64,000 bases of DNA from Eledone cirrhosa (GCA_964016885.1 OZ024742.1:273234001-273298000), one strand, 5' to 3'. Positions 29,971-43,355 are shown, counted from the stretch's first letter. Numbers and translations: made by a program. The notes: generated by a model not told the origin, from the letters alone.

Positions 29971-31950
29971 ATGCAGAAACAACATCTGGATATTTCTACA
30001 ACGAACATACCCGTACCAAGCAGGAAGACATACCTAAAACTCCTGATACAGATAACGGACTCTTTCCTTAAACCGCTGCGTTGGCGTCCATTTTATTTCG
30101 ATAATCAGGAAAAAGCGGACAATAAACAGGATAAATTGGGGTTCAAAACTTACAATAACTCTTCCAGTAACCCAGAATTGCTACCTTTCGAAAACGATGT
30201 CTTGGAAATCATATGGACTATCATATTTCAGAATAGGATCAATTCCTTCCAGGATTCTAATGCCGTGCACGTCCACCGACAAAACTGGCAATCTATATCA
30301 AGTGGAGCGCAGTACTTATCATCAACTGCTACATAATGCTGTAAGTAAGGATTACCGTAAAACTAATCCGAGCGTCATTAATGAAATCAACGATATTGGG
30401 TTTTAAATTACCTCTAATCTCAACATCCTGGACCGGAGAGAACCTCTGGACCCTAATTCTCCCCACTTTACCCTGAAGGATCACAAACCCAACTTCACCA
30501 ACAACCCTTCTATTCGACTAATTTATCCTACGAAGTTTGATTTAGTTAGACTTAGTTACAGGATTTTAGAGAGAATTATACCTGATGTTAGAAGCTTGGC
30601 TCCTCTTGCGCTGTGGAACAATTCATTCGTTTTGATTGATTGGTTCAATGGTATATGCAACAAGGAACATTGCCGTTTCATCCAATTCGACATCATTAAC
30701 TACTACTCCTCCATCACTTTACCACTTCTTCTTAGAGCTACCAACTTCGCTAAAACACTCACATTGATTAAGGATTTCGAAGTTGATGTCATCCTCAGTG
30801 ACCGTAAGTCGGTGATTAATCTCGACGACTCTATTTGGATTAAAAAAATCTAATATTACCCCTTTCGACGTGAGTATGGGCGCCAGCGATTCGGCGGTGG
30901 TTACTGATCTTATCGGCCTTTTCCTTCTTTTCTCTATCAAGGTAGAATTCCCCAATGTGGGCAGTAGTTTGACCATAACATTGTGCGGTCCACGCGCTAG
31001 CGACAGGTTCAGAAAAGAACTCATAGCCTTCTTTAGAGGCATCAACCTCTCCATACTGGTTGCTGCCAACCTCTCGGTCGTTAATTACCTCGACGTTACC
31101 GTAATTTGCCGAATGGCTTGCCTAATCGCTTGAACTAGAAAGAAGAATGACACGCTTAATTACATAAGTAAGCATTCAAACCATCCTGCCAGCATAACCA
31201 AGAACCTGGTATAAATGTTTCTTTCAGGCTTTGCTACAAACGAGCATATTTTCACCGACCCATTTACATATTACAATGAAGCTCTTGCTCAGAGTGGATT
31301 TGTCGATGAGGTAGCATATACTAAGAATGAGCATACACAAAGGAAAAATAGATCCCGAGGCATCATATGGTATAACCCGCCATATAATATGGAGGTGGCC
31401 ACAGCATTAGGTAAGATCTTTCTCTCCCTTATCAAGAAGCATTACCCCTCAGCACATAAATATAATAACATTTTAAATAGAAATACCATTAAAATATCTT
31501 ACTCTACAACACCTACCCTTGCACATAACATCACTGCTTGCTTCAAATTTAGCTAAATTACCTAGCCGTAGGAACGCGTGCAACCCTGTCGCTAGTACTA
31601 ACTGTAAGGCCGAAACACCCACGTCCCGTAGGGCCTACATAGTGTTAACCGCCAATAGATTCAAACAACGTATTTACATGCAAACCCATTCTTTTCCTAA
31701 CACTTTAAAAAGGAATATGACGTCACTTTCAGCTTATATCTGGAGTCTAAAAGACAACCACACCCATTATAGGTTACACTGAGAGATCCTAGCTAAAGCT
31801 AGATCGTATGACGGAAATAAAAGATCATGCGATCTTTGCGCCGCTGTAGCCCTGGAAATGCGCTACGCCAATGACCATATCTTAAAGAAAGATCTGAAGC
31901 AAATTCGGCGTGTAAACATAAAACTTTCCTGTATTACAGCCCCACATTAT
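29971..31950 (+). pseudogene. Naiad-like RT + GIY-YIG remnant
   Basis: STTNIPVPS, LRWRPFYF, DKTGNLY, TLKDHKPNF..NPSIRLIYP, FIQFDIINYYSSI, FDVSMGASDSAVVTDLIG, NYLDVT, SNHP, IIWYNPPY, NTIKISYS and SCDLC. Confidence 0.92.
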
Positions 31951-32360
31951 ACCCATACGGAAAGTACGAACAATACAAGGATAATTTACGTCGTGATGTG
32001 TTAGCTAACTATATTCATGTTTATACCATTTCTTATTTATATAGGTAAGTATAACTTACCCGTATATTTTGTGAAGGTACGTGTACTTTCTCGTACGCAT
32101 ATTTGCTTGTATTTGTTATAGGTATATATATTATATTATATATACTGGTACTTGTGTATATGGTTATGTGTATATATGTATTTTGTGTTTGTGTGGGTAT
32201 GCGTGTTTGCACGTATGTAATGTGTGTATATGTCTACGTTGTGTTTTGGTTGACGTAGAGTTAGTGAACATATGTGTATTTACCTGTAGGCATGTGTGTG
32301 CGTGCGTTATATACGTATTTAAGTGTGTATATTTATATACGTTTATATAATTATATCTAT

Positions 32361-32391
<31 letters not shown>

Positions 32392-32871
32392 ATTCATGTG
32401 TATTTGGTGTATACGTTCATATGTGCGAGGGTACAGGTGTCACGCGGGTTTATGTATGTGTGCGCTTGTTTATGTGTACGTGCTTGTATATGCATGCATG
32501 CCCGGTGTTTTCGCGTATGCATCTGTATGTATGAATATGGATGCGTGTATGTATATATTTAATTTTTGTTGATTTCAATAACCTTTGTCATTTTCGTTCT
32601 ACTAATCTATTTACTTTATTCTTAACTCTGAAACCGAGAATTGTTCGGTTTCCTCAATAGAATATAAGTCTACGACTTCATTTATACTATAAACGTGGTT
32701 TGGCTTTGCGTGTAACTGTTGTCATCGATCCACATAATGACGTATTATCTTGGCTTTTTTGCGTTCATTGCCAGGGAACGTCTTCATGAACCAAAGTATC
32801 GTCTTCCAGTTTTCCTTCAGTTGCAACGTTTTTTGAAATATTTACTTCTGCGTTCACAGATTGATTTATTC

Positions 32872-32921
32872 AGTTTCAGATGATCCGTTAAGGGTGAAAG
32901 CAGTGATTCTTTGCTTAAAAT
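32872..32921 (+). ncRNA. Hammerhead motif with U4A core (3' pLTR)
   Basis: agttt-CAGATGA-tcc gttaa ggg-t-GAAA-gca gtgattctt tgc-TT-aaaat. Confidence 0.7.
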
Positions 32922-33026
32922 TTAATGTTATTTTAAATATTTGCTATACGGTTCTCATATATTTGATATATATTTAACCTTATCGAGCTCTCTTTGGATT
33001 TTAGTCTTCAAATTTATTATTATTAC

Positions 33027-33136
<110 letters not shown>

Positions 33137-33377
33137 CATATACAAATAAATAAATATATATATATATATATATATATACCCAGACACATTAGTGTCTGCA
33201 GTTGTGTTTATATGCCAACACAAGAGCAAGAATGAAGGGTTCATTCTACTGATCTGGCTTTAAACATGAGGCTTGTTTGTATAATTGTAAACTAATCGAA
33301 TTTTCACAATATTCGAAAAATATCTGACTACATTTATTGTATTCAGCCATGTAGAGCGAACTTTTTATTTTTTATTT

Positions 33378-33428
33378 AGTTTCAGAAGATCCCGTTAAGG
33401 GTGAAAGCAGCGATTATTTGCTTAAAAT
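33378..33428 (+). ncRNA. Hammerhead motif with U4A core (solo pLTR fragment)
   Basis: agttt-CAGAAGA-t-ccc gttaa ggg-t-GAAA-gca gcgattatt tgc-TT-aaaat. Confidence 0.72.
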
Positions 33429-33444
33429 TTAATCTGTTATTTTA

Positions 33445-33476
<32 letters not shown>

Positions 33477-33627
33477 GTAAAAGGTAAACGTGCGTGTATG
33501 AAATATGTATCATAACCTTGTCATTAAAGGACTCTATATTTGGTGTCTGTATCTCATTGTGACAGGAGGTGGATGCGGCCGCTAAGTTGGTGCTAACATA
33601 CTTAATGCTGGAACGACGAATCTATTT

Positions 33628-36600
33628 AAGTCCAGTTCCATTTTCGATCAACTTTTTGGGAGATTTACTAAACTATACATTTTTGGAAACGTTAGGATGT
33701 ATTGAACACAAAAAAAAATTAATGTTGCCCTTTTTTTAGGTTTCCGTTCTTAGGGCTTCAAAATGGCCACCGTTTGAAATCTAAATTTACCAATATATCC
33801 ACTTCCAAGCCATGTAGCCTTTTACTTTCAGTGGCTAAACTTACATCTTAAGGGGCTAGAAGTCTAGAAAAATTGACTACAATCCCTTACGTTTAACATG
33901 AAGAAATACTTTTTAAATAAAAATATCAATTTTAATGACAAATCTGCAAACACCACATGCAAATATATTTCTTCTCTAGATCCACTCATAATCAGGATAT
34001 CGAAGCACGAGTCAAACATAATAAAAATAAATTTGTCTTCATGTACTCTTTATTTTAATACATAAAAGAATTAATTCGTGGATACTTTGCTTTTGTCCAT
34101 TTCACGATAAAATCAGTCATGACTTTTAACGGGCACGAATACAAATTTGTGCACAATTTGTTATTGCCACTTTTAGAACGGAATCAGTCATAACCATCAT
34201 ATCAGTCATCACTCTCACTATCAGTATTACCTGAGTCAAGGTTTTCATAAACTCTTTCCGTGTCATTTTCACACTGTGTGGTGCACAGGCAAAGGTCGGT
34301 GCACTGCAGGAACATCTTTGTGAGGAACAATCTCCCTTGCACTGACATCTCACTGATAGCTTTAGGTGCTGGAGGATCATCAGTAGTGGTTGGCTTTAGT
34401 TGGCCATCATCTCCTTTGTAGTAGCCGTTCTACATTGGATCCAGTGGAATTTGCTGGGGAGTGCTTGCCTGGCCCAAAACTCGTGCTTGCCCATACCCTT
34501 AAGTCGTGCTGCTTGAGGGCACCAACTGTAGGTGGTAATTTGTCACTCTCTGACATGTATTTACAGAACAGGTACCATCGCAACTCTGTCAGACAAAACT
34601 TTCCAAGCTGGTCAGAAGTTCTTTAGTCACTTCAGTATCATCAGACAGCTTTTTCAGAGCGTCAATGGTGTTATCGTCAGCTTCAAAGAAGATCTTGAAC
34701 CATGTGGCCTCTCCTACTCTAGCAAACCTTCCCGTATTATCGGCGCCAGAGAAGGCATGGAATGCAGGTAAAGATTTCGCCTTTGCTGGACCTAAAACTT
34801 CCCAGAATGGCTGGATCTTTAGAACAATTGATGCCATGGAGATGGAGATGTGCCTAGATAACACATCATAGTTGGCAATTACCAGAACCAGGACATCTGT
34901 GTCAGGTGAGAAAACATTTAGTTGCATATCTCTTGGGTTTCGCCATGTTGAAGATAATGTAAGGCATATCATGAGTGTGTCAGCTTTCTCGTGGTTGTTT
35001 TCACTGAAAGGTTCCAAATCATTGTTGCTCCTGGTTTGGCCAGATGCTGAAGTGATGACAAGCTTGGAGGAATATTTGCTGTAGTACAGAGTCCTTTTTA
35101 CCAAGTACTTGGTCAAATCAGCCTTCGTCTTTTCATGTGACAGGAATCTGCTCATGGTTATGTGCTTGATACTCGTCTCATCTCTGACTTGATACTGGAC
35201 TGGATCATTCCGCTGACGTCTCTTCTGCCTGGTTGCATTCTTCAAGGAATCGGTCTTATATGTGTCAAGCACGAGAATTATTTCGTCAAAGTTCTGCGTG
35301 AGTTTCATCAGTCTTTCATAGAAACTTTGGCTTAGATCTCTCACTGTAACCATGGTAGCTGGTTTCTTAGTCAGCTTCTGAATAAGCACCATTCCATCTA
35401 CCACCGCAACCCTCCTGTTGTGATTGAGATTGTCCTTTTCAGTGGCTTCATCTTGCAGTGAATCGCCTTGTGCTGTTTTCTCTGATGTTATCTGCTCAAG
35501 GAGATGAATGAGTTTGGACTTGTCAGTGCATGGCAACACTGACCCATTTGGGGCAAAGAGTGCTCTTGGCGTCAAGGTGAATTCGTAATTGCTAATTGCT
35601 TCTTTCTGGTTCACGTCTCGGTCGGACCTGGCAAGAAACATAAGTCTGCCATACAAATCTTTGGTTTCCTTCATGTCAATGATTTTGTCACGAACCTTTA
35701 CAGCATGTCTCTTGTTGCCAGATGTGAACATCACGTTATTTTGTCTCTTCACTGGTGCCCAAAAGCTGACGTCCCCATTGATCCGTTCAGCAACATATTC
35801 CTCGTACAGCTTTTGTCCAGTGTCATCCATCTCCAAGATGTGCGTTACATACTCATCTGGGATATATGCATGTGTTATCAAGTTGTAGAGTGTTTTCCCA
35901 TCAGCAGCAAATGGATCGCCGTGTGTCAATATAGCACTTTTGATTTTGCTTACAGCTCCATGATCTCGCTTGATTGCAGCTGGAGATAGGTCATGATGCT
36001 CATGGGCATGGCTTTCACCAACACCGAATTGGTCCTTAAACTCCTCTGCAAGGCAGGACATTTCAGGAGCTGCCATGAAGAAGCGTTGCCTTGCATTTGG
36101 ATTATTGGAAATTCCAATGAGACCAGCTTGAACATTCATGAATTTGTTACGATGTTAACAGGCATCGTCACCTCCAATGGATACGACGGGATGACATTCT
36201 TGGTGATGGATATATTGCCCTCTTGAAGTTCCCTCCATGTGGTTGGTCTTCAATGCGTGCATATCTGCTATGTAGCGTGGCCAGAGTCTCTTATACTTTA
36301 ACCTGTCCATTGAGAAGAACAGCTTGATCAGTGCTTCTCCAGCTTCAAGATGAAGATTCAGATCAGCATTCCGCTATGCCGCTACAAAGTACAGAACTGT
36401 CTCTACGCGATGCATATAGTTCATCAATGATCTGAACATGGCATTCTTAGACTTCTCTGCTCCCCAGTCCTGCAGTTTATTGATCACATCATACTCTGCT
36501 AAGACTTGCTGCAGATGAGCATTTGCATGCTTAACAGACTCAGCCTTGGTGCCTTTGTTCTGAACCACCTCTTCTACTTGAATCGTTGCTTCTAGACACA

Positions 36601-39232
36601 GATCTTTCAGATGAGGAATGTCCTCTAGGAACTGCTCCAATGCCAGTTCATAAAGTGCCATGTGGGAGTAAAAGAGTGCACGTAGCGAACGCTTGTAGTG
36701 TTTGCATTTGAGAATTTGTCTGGTTGTGGCAGAACTATCCAGATCGGCTTCCATCCAGGCGTCGTCTATTGCCGAGTTTTTAATTGAAGAGCGGAGAGCT
36801 CTCAACGCAGCCATGACAACATGAAACTCACCAAGTCTTGGCAGCACTTTGCCCTTCAAATCCGGCCTAGCATCAACCAACTGTACTGATTTCTCGTAGA
36901 GTGCCATGTCGAAGGAAATGACAGCTCTTTTAATTTCTTTGCTTGCATCATAACGGTAAGCAATGTTGGCCATTCATGGGTGACTTCTGGGAGCAAAGGT
37001 AGAGCTCCAACCTCAGTTAAGGGTAGGCTTGTCGACAAAAGTGAGTTATAGCCTGCCCAACCTGGAATTCGACTCGAGTCTCCATCGTTCATTCAGGAAA
37101 CAGCGTAGGCAACGACCCATCCCTGATGTGTGAGCTGGTAGGTACTAACCAGACCTTCTTTGTCAATGGCAAACTGAATCATCCTCTTCTCGGACGGTGT
37201 CTTCTGCTTTGGCTTCTCACAAGGAACTAAAGCTGTATGATACGGGGTCACAGAGAGACTCTGTGCATCAGTGATATTTAGGGTGATGCAATTGGTTTTC
37301 CAGGGGCATCAGCTTTCTGGTATAGGGCAGTGATAGTCCCATGGGTGATACCTTTACCATCTGGAGTGTCCTCAGTGAAATCCACATTGTCTACTGCGAA
37401 GAAGACAAAAGTGCCTTTCTTGAGGAATTGTTGCACATACAGCCCTTGGAACTGTTTGGTGTTCTCCACTACAGCATCGGCAACGGCTGTTTCCACCATT
37501 GACGTACGGCTGTATGAAACACAGTAATCTTGGGCGTTGAGGTGATTAACGAGCATCTTATTTCTTGTCTTTTGATGGATGCTCAGCGCCAATCCCACAT
37601 CTTGGGGATTTTCTCTAACATGCTGCGACCGAAAGCCAACATGCTCAGTTTTTGGCTTGTATGTGACTTGTCTCTTAGACTTGAATCCTAACATCATATT
37701 TTGATTCATTGTAAGGGCAGCTCTGTCAACAGAATGTGTTCGAACTTCAGTCTCCAGTTCATTTGCAGGCCCTGCCATGATCCAGCGAATAAGTGTATAG
37801 AGTTCCACTGGCACATCTTCTATTTTGCTGGAAACTGGGATTGAACTTTGTGGCGGTTGTCTTTTGGTAAAATGTTCAATGCTGTGGCGAACAAGCTCTT
37901 CTGACCTATAGAGATTCTTCATGTTGTCCGTGTCATCAGAAGTGATGGCAGAGTGAACCATTTTAACCTAACAGGCTTCAGGGTAATACAACACAGCTGA
38001 CTTTCGCCTATTGCTTTGCAGAACAGACCTTACACCTGGTAATTCTGTTAATAGTTTGTCTTTCAGCCATTGTCGGGTATAGACAAGTCTGATTTGGCAA
38101 AGCCTCTACTCCACTAGCATGTTCAAATAGGTATTATCGATGTCTGCCATGGAAAGATATGCACCATCTGTAGTTTGCACGTCGTTAATGTTCACTACTT
38201 CAATGAAACTAGCTGTTTGCTGTTGACACCCACTCTTTTTGTTTGCTTTGTTTGCGATAGCTTTATCTCTCAGAACATGGAACACATTTCTTGTCCAACA
38301 CTGTTTATGATATTTGATATCAACAGCATGAGCATCCCCCTCGGAGATGCAAGATACCATTCTTGTTTTTAGTTCTGGATTAGGAGAGATTTCCACAGCT
38401 TTTTTTAGAGCTTGGCCCGCATTGGCAGTTCTTACTGCAAACAACTGTTGGTCACCAAACGTTTGACAAAAAAAGCATAAATCATTTTCCAGTGGGTTTG
38501 TTGCTGACTGTGTAAACGGCCCTAAGATTGCGGCAGAGGTTGATGGCTCACTCCTGTCAAAGCTTGAAGGGCGTCCTCGCTTTCTGCGGATATGTGATCC
38601 AGTAGACAAAGACCGTTGGTGACGGTATCTTGCACGTTGCACTTTGACTTTACTGGTGGCGTTGGACTAGCACGTGCGATGCCAAAAAGCCTTATTTCTC
38701 TGTAAAGTTTCTGTTCTGCAGTCTTCTAGCCTCTTTTGAATTTTGACAAATTCGCCATCATGCAGTAATGCTCGCTCCTTCACTGCAACTAACAAACTAT
38801 GGTATGAATATAATTTTGGTTGTAACACAAACTGGCCTGCATCTTGTAGGCACAAAATACGCCGTTTACAGTCAATTGTCTCTTATTGCTGTGTCCACGT
38901 TGTCCATTGGTCTGAAAAATTATAAACACTAATGAAGTAATTACATGGCATTTGATTGTTATTATCATTTATATCATTATTATTATTGTTATTATATTAA
39001 ATTAGCCACTAAAATTAGAAGGCCAGTTGGTTAGACATTGAGATACTGTTGAAAAAGGTTATCGGTAGTCACCATTTTGAAATTCCAAGCTGGCCACCAC
39101 AGACACCTTGAAGAAAATGGCAACATTGGCTTTTGGATTCTCTATGCCTTAAAGTTTACGAAAATGTCTTGTTTTGCTAATCTCCAAGAAATCTGAACGA
39201 AAGTACCAATCGATGCATTATGAGCTTGACTA
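33628..39232 (-). mobile_element. Academ (AcademX-type) DNA transposon, full length but decayed
   Basis: Imperfect ~150-bp TIRs (left aagtccagttc...tttcgatcaactttttgggagatt; right reverse complement tagtcaagctc...tttcgttcagatttcttggagatt). The right end is CTA, with TTT on both flanks (33625-33627 and 39233-39235). Confidence 0.8.
34270..38920 (-). pseudogene. Academ transposase + XPG-like nuclease + Cys-rich domain, broken into at least 6 ORF pieces
   Basis: CFFCQ...GDAHAVDIKYHKQC; DNVDFTEDTPDGKGITHGT; PGWAGYNS; FDMALY; RLGEFHVVMA. XPG-like VVDGM, HEKADT, SPDTDV and FHAFSGAD. C-terminal CQCKGDCSSQRCSC. Confidence 0.85.
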
Positions 39233-40084
39233 TTTGTGCAAATTACCTCCTGATGAAAAGACATTCTTCAATAATTTCAGCGTATATAGAAAGGAACATT
39301 AGATGTGTTCGGATTTTACTGTGCACAGGCAATCTTCAGAGCATATCTCTATGTAATGGAGTAATTGCTTTTGTAACAATGATTAGTATCGCACTCACTG
39401 TGCCGTAGAAAATATTATTTGTTTGAAAAATAATAACGAATAGCTAGAGTTAAGTTAGTGGTAATTTATTTAGCGTTTCCGGTCATTAACACTTGATAAA
39501 TTCATATGTTCCTCAGTTTGATACACGCCACGATATGCAATTTTCAAGCGAAATATTTGTTGAATGTTAGATAAAGATTTGTGGTGATTTTGGTGTATCT
39601 ATCTCTCAAATATAAACGTTGACGCTCTCTAATCATCGTTGAAAAGAACACCCACTGTACGGATCTGGCCGATCCGATATTAAGATATTTTAAAGAGCTA
39701 ATTCATTCACATGAAGCGGGATGCTGAGCCAAACCACTTACACAAGAAATTAGAAATGATATGAATTGAAATATTAACTCTGTTACCGCTGGGAAACGTA
39801 TCCACACGCCCTTTGGTACACATATGTCTAACGATTATACAGTGTACATGTTAGCACTCATACATAAATCTCTTAGTAATGGGCGGCTATACACACATAC
39901 GTGAAGGCTTCCCACTCCATATCGAGTATGGCCATTCGACGATATAACATTATTAATAATTATTAATTAATGCTACGGTGGAATACCTATGCGTTAAGAT
40001 TTTTTTTAAAGTGGGGAAAGATTGTGCCCTGAGCGAATCCCACGCTCTGAGCGAAAAGAAGAAAAGATCAATATCATTGGTAAC

Positions 40085-40238
40085 TACCGAGCCGCAGGTT
40101 TTATGTCGGAGCCGTCCATCCCAGTTTCCTGAGTTGCCTTTTCATAGAAGAATGTCCTGACAAAGGCTAGGGGTCCCTCACATCCAGTGGTTGAACCGCG
40201 GGATTGGTAATCCAGCCCAATTATTTCTCTGACCCCGC
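40085..40238 (-). repeat. Dispersed repeat fragment related to 44-110
   Basis: Shared cctagcctttgtca...ttctatga.aagg motif. Confidence 0.5.
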
Positions 40239-40239
40239 G

Positions 40240-40860
40240 CATGTATATACACATGTATACGTGTATATACATATACATACATATATGTATACATGTATAT
40301 ACACACATATACACACACACATATATACACATATATATATACACACATATACACACATATATACACATATATACACACATGTATACACATATATATACAC
40401 TTATATACACACATGTATACACACATATACACATATATACACACATATGTATACACATATATACACACATATGTATACACATATGTACACACATATGTAC
40501 ACACATATATGTACACACATATGTACATACATATGTACACACATATGTACATACATATGTACACACATATGTACACACACATGTACACACATATGTATAC
40601 ACATATGTATACACATATGTATACACATATGTATACACATATGTATACACATACACACACACATATATATATATATACATGTATAAATAACAGAATAATA
40701 ATGTATACACATATATAAACACATATGTACACACATATGTACACACATATGTACACACATATGTGTACACATATGTATACACATATGTATACACATATGT
40801 ATACACATATGTATACACATATGTATACACATACACAGACACATATATATATATACATGT
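40240..40860. repeat. Compound AC/AT minisatellite (12-bp unit acacatatgtay)
   Basis: Direct reading; includes a ~178-bp internal duplication. Confidence 0.92.
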
Positions 40861-40899
40861 ATAAATTACAGAATAATAAAAACTATGTTCAAAACATTT

Positions 40900-40952
40900 G
40901 AGTGCTGACAATCGTTTCTTCCAAACTTTCGTTTGATATCATCGGAGTACTC
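40900..40952 (-). ncRNA. Minimal hammerhead, U4C core
   Basis: Minus strand reads gagtact-CCGATGA-ta-tcaaac gaaa gtttgg-aa-GAAA-c gatt g-TC-agcactc. Confidence 0.78.
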
Positions 40953-41664
40953 GCAAACTTTAGACATAACTTTAGACAGAATTTCTATTATATACAAATT
41001 AATCGCTAATTACCTCCCCTTTCACATTAGCTCCCCTTAATATACATCTCTAACTCACTCCCTGAAATTAAACAGTTAGACGGATCACTCTAGAACAACT
41101 CTAACCCTGGATAAGAGTGTATTAGCACCAATATACAATCCATAGCTATAACTACTTATAAACATTCACTAAAATATAACCAATGCAATGGAAAAGAATA
41201 CATTAATATTAATACTCTCAACACATGCACATTTGAACATTACAGGAACAATAAATCACACTACATCCACCATAAACTTCATAGAAACTACTTTTAATAC
41301 ACTAAAATCTTTGTCTGCTTAATATGCTTGTAAAACCTGTGTTATATTATGTGATACCTTTGCCATACTGTCATTTAGTACCTTTACTTGTTTCCTACCT
41401 CGCTATTCTGTACATGACTATCACATTTGCACTCTCTATACGCTTGCATATGTACTGCTAATTTCCTCGTTTTGTGAGTAACTTTTTGCCTTAATGCCTC
41501 TTTGATTGTTATAATATTCTTTTGTAATCTTTGTCACATCTACTGACACTGACCTCAACATCTCCACTCTGCAAATATGAAACTGTTGATGACAACATTA
41601 ATATCTATGTATCTATATGATTGTTCTATCGAATATTAAGTTAATTATATGTCTAAACTTTGCT

Positions 41665-41716
41665 AGTGCTCCGATGAAATCCAAACGAAAGTTTGGAAGA
41701 AACGATTGTCAGCAAT
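41665..41716 (+). ncRNA. Minimal hammerhead, U4C core
   Basis: agtgct-CCGATGA-aa-tccaaac gaaa gtttgga-a-GAAA-c gatt g-TC-agcaat. Stem II is 7 bp with a GNRA loop. Confidence 0.82.
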
Positions 41717-41875
41717 AACATGTTTTGAACATAGTTTTGATTATTCTGTAATTTATATTCCTGCTCTGTAAAACATCTGATGTATTTACATTGAGCTATT
41801 TTTCTTACTGGTAATAAGGTAGTAATGAATTACTGAGCTTTCCTATTTATAATTATATATAGTGTATATATAAGT

Positions 41876-42014
41876 ATGGATTGGCAGTATCGGTAGAGAG
41901 TAGGACACCATGCTTTGAAGCATAGAGTTACGTCCCTAACGGTCTGAGTTCAAATCCCGCCGATGTTAACTTTGCCTTTCATCCTTTCGGGGTCGATAAA
42001 ATAAAATACCAGTA
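41876..42014 (+). mobile_element. tRNA-derived SINE
   Basis: tggcagtatcggtag...gagttcaaatccc...ctttgcctttcatcctttcggggtcgataaaataaaataccagt. Confidence 0.88.
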
Positions 42015-42140
42015 ATACACTGTAATTGCTGGCCTTGTGACAAAAGTAGAAACAATTATTATTATGTATACATGTATATAATATATACATATATTTATAT
42101 ATATATACAAATATATGCGTGTATATACACGTTTACACAA

Positions 42141-42331
42141 TTTTGGATGGCCGTTGACTCTTATAATTTCTTCTGCCATTTGTCAGGTCTTGTCTTTTGT
42201 CCTGCAGGGTGTCCAAAATCACCCTCCGCACCACGTAAACTTGGTTTCGTTGCCGGTTTAGTTGCCGACGAACTGACCATACGGCAGGTTGCACTGGGTT
42301 GCATGTTACCAGAAGCACACAATGCGACCTG
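42141..42331 (-). repeat. Structured dispersed-repeat fragment contiguous in sequence with 1-26
   Basis: Ends in ataagagtcaacggccatccaaaa. Its 5' part forms hairpins caggtcgcattg/cagtgcaacctg and ttcgt/acgaa. Confidence 0.5.
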
Positions 42332-42850
42332 TATACATACATACATACATGCATACATACATAAATACAAGGATAGTGTTGTTAATGTTGTGGCCGTTGT
42401 CTTGATTATAGGAGTCATCACCCTGAAAATCAATTTCATTACACCTACTTTCTGTTGAAATCTAGCTACGCAGGTCTCTCCGAATGGTTAGAAATTATAT
42501 CACTTTCAGTAATTTACGACCATAGTTCTGTGGTAGGCACATGAGTCAATATTCACTAATTGACAAATATATAACTCCACGCTCCACAAATTGTAAACAC
42601 AAAAGCTGGGAACACCTTTTAAGGTCTAATATTATGTTAGCCGAGCACACGAGTAGCAGTACGCGAATTTTTTTTTTCTTTTGCCTGTAGCATTTCATAA
42701 AATTAGATTTTAGTATGTAAATAGCTTTCTCATTGCAACAAATTCATAAATTGCATCATGGATTGCATAAGACAACCGTTGAAATAAATATCATGAATAA
42801 ACGACTTATTTAACATCAGCATTCTTCTTAATGTTATGTATATATATATA

Positions 42851-43355
42851 TACATAACATTAAGAAGAATATAAGTAAAGCAGTAATACAACAGTTAGTT
42901 CACCATACCGAGAACAATTGTTTAAACCTAATGCAGTTCTTCAGCTCGGACTGATAGTGGTTACACGGAACAGAAAGAACCGTTTGAACGCGCATGCGCA
43001 GAAACGGTCACTTCACCCAAGCGGTACAAAACCACGGGCGAAAGATGTAAGGGTGATAACTGCGAATCTCCGGAATAGAATGTTCGAGTTGATTAGAAAA
43101 TTAGAATGCTGTTATTCAATCCGGAGCTTAGTAGTTATACAAGAGGTGTTATCAGACATATGGACAACGTGAGAAGATTTCATTTTCTTTAATTTAACAA
43201 ATCACTATTGCGTAATCTCCTTAGAATATTTGTCCTTTCTTCAATACACAGTCAACAAGACGGATTACCCCTTGCATATGGCTTGGACTTAGTGATAGCT
43301 TGCCATTGAATGGAGTAGTCTATACCCGAGTCTTTGAGCGACCATACGTGGCTGG
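42851..43355 (-). mobile_element. Naiad-like PLE 3' fragment (GIY-YIG C-terminus + pLTR)
   Basis: Minus strand translates to SHVWSLKDSGIDYSIQWQAITKSKPYARGNPSC*LCIEERTNIL...LLN*R/NEIFSRCP. This is not in the ORF track. Confidence 0.82.
42908..42949 (-). ncRNA. Minimal hammerhead (G12>U)
   Basis: Minus strand reads ccgag-CTGAAGA-act gcatta ggt-t-TAAA-caattg-TT-ctcgg. Perfect stem I and palindromic AACAATTGTT. Confidence 0.75.

Larger units (their letters stand above)
40861..41757. mobile_element. ORF-less ~0.9-kb unit with ~110-bp inverted terminal repeats, each holding a hammerhead
   Basis: 40861-40968 is the diverged reverse complement of 41648-41757. Confidence 0.8.

Noticed and set aside
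42988-43000. NRF1-like GCGCATGCGCA promoter motif
   Set aside because: It lies in the loop of a hairpin inside a PLE pLTR, with no evidence of a host promoter.
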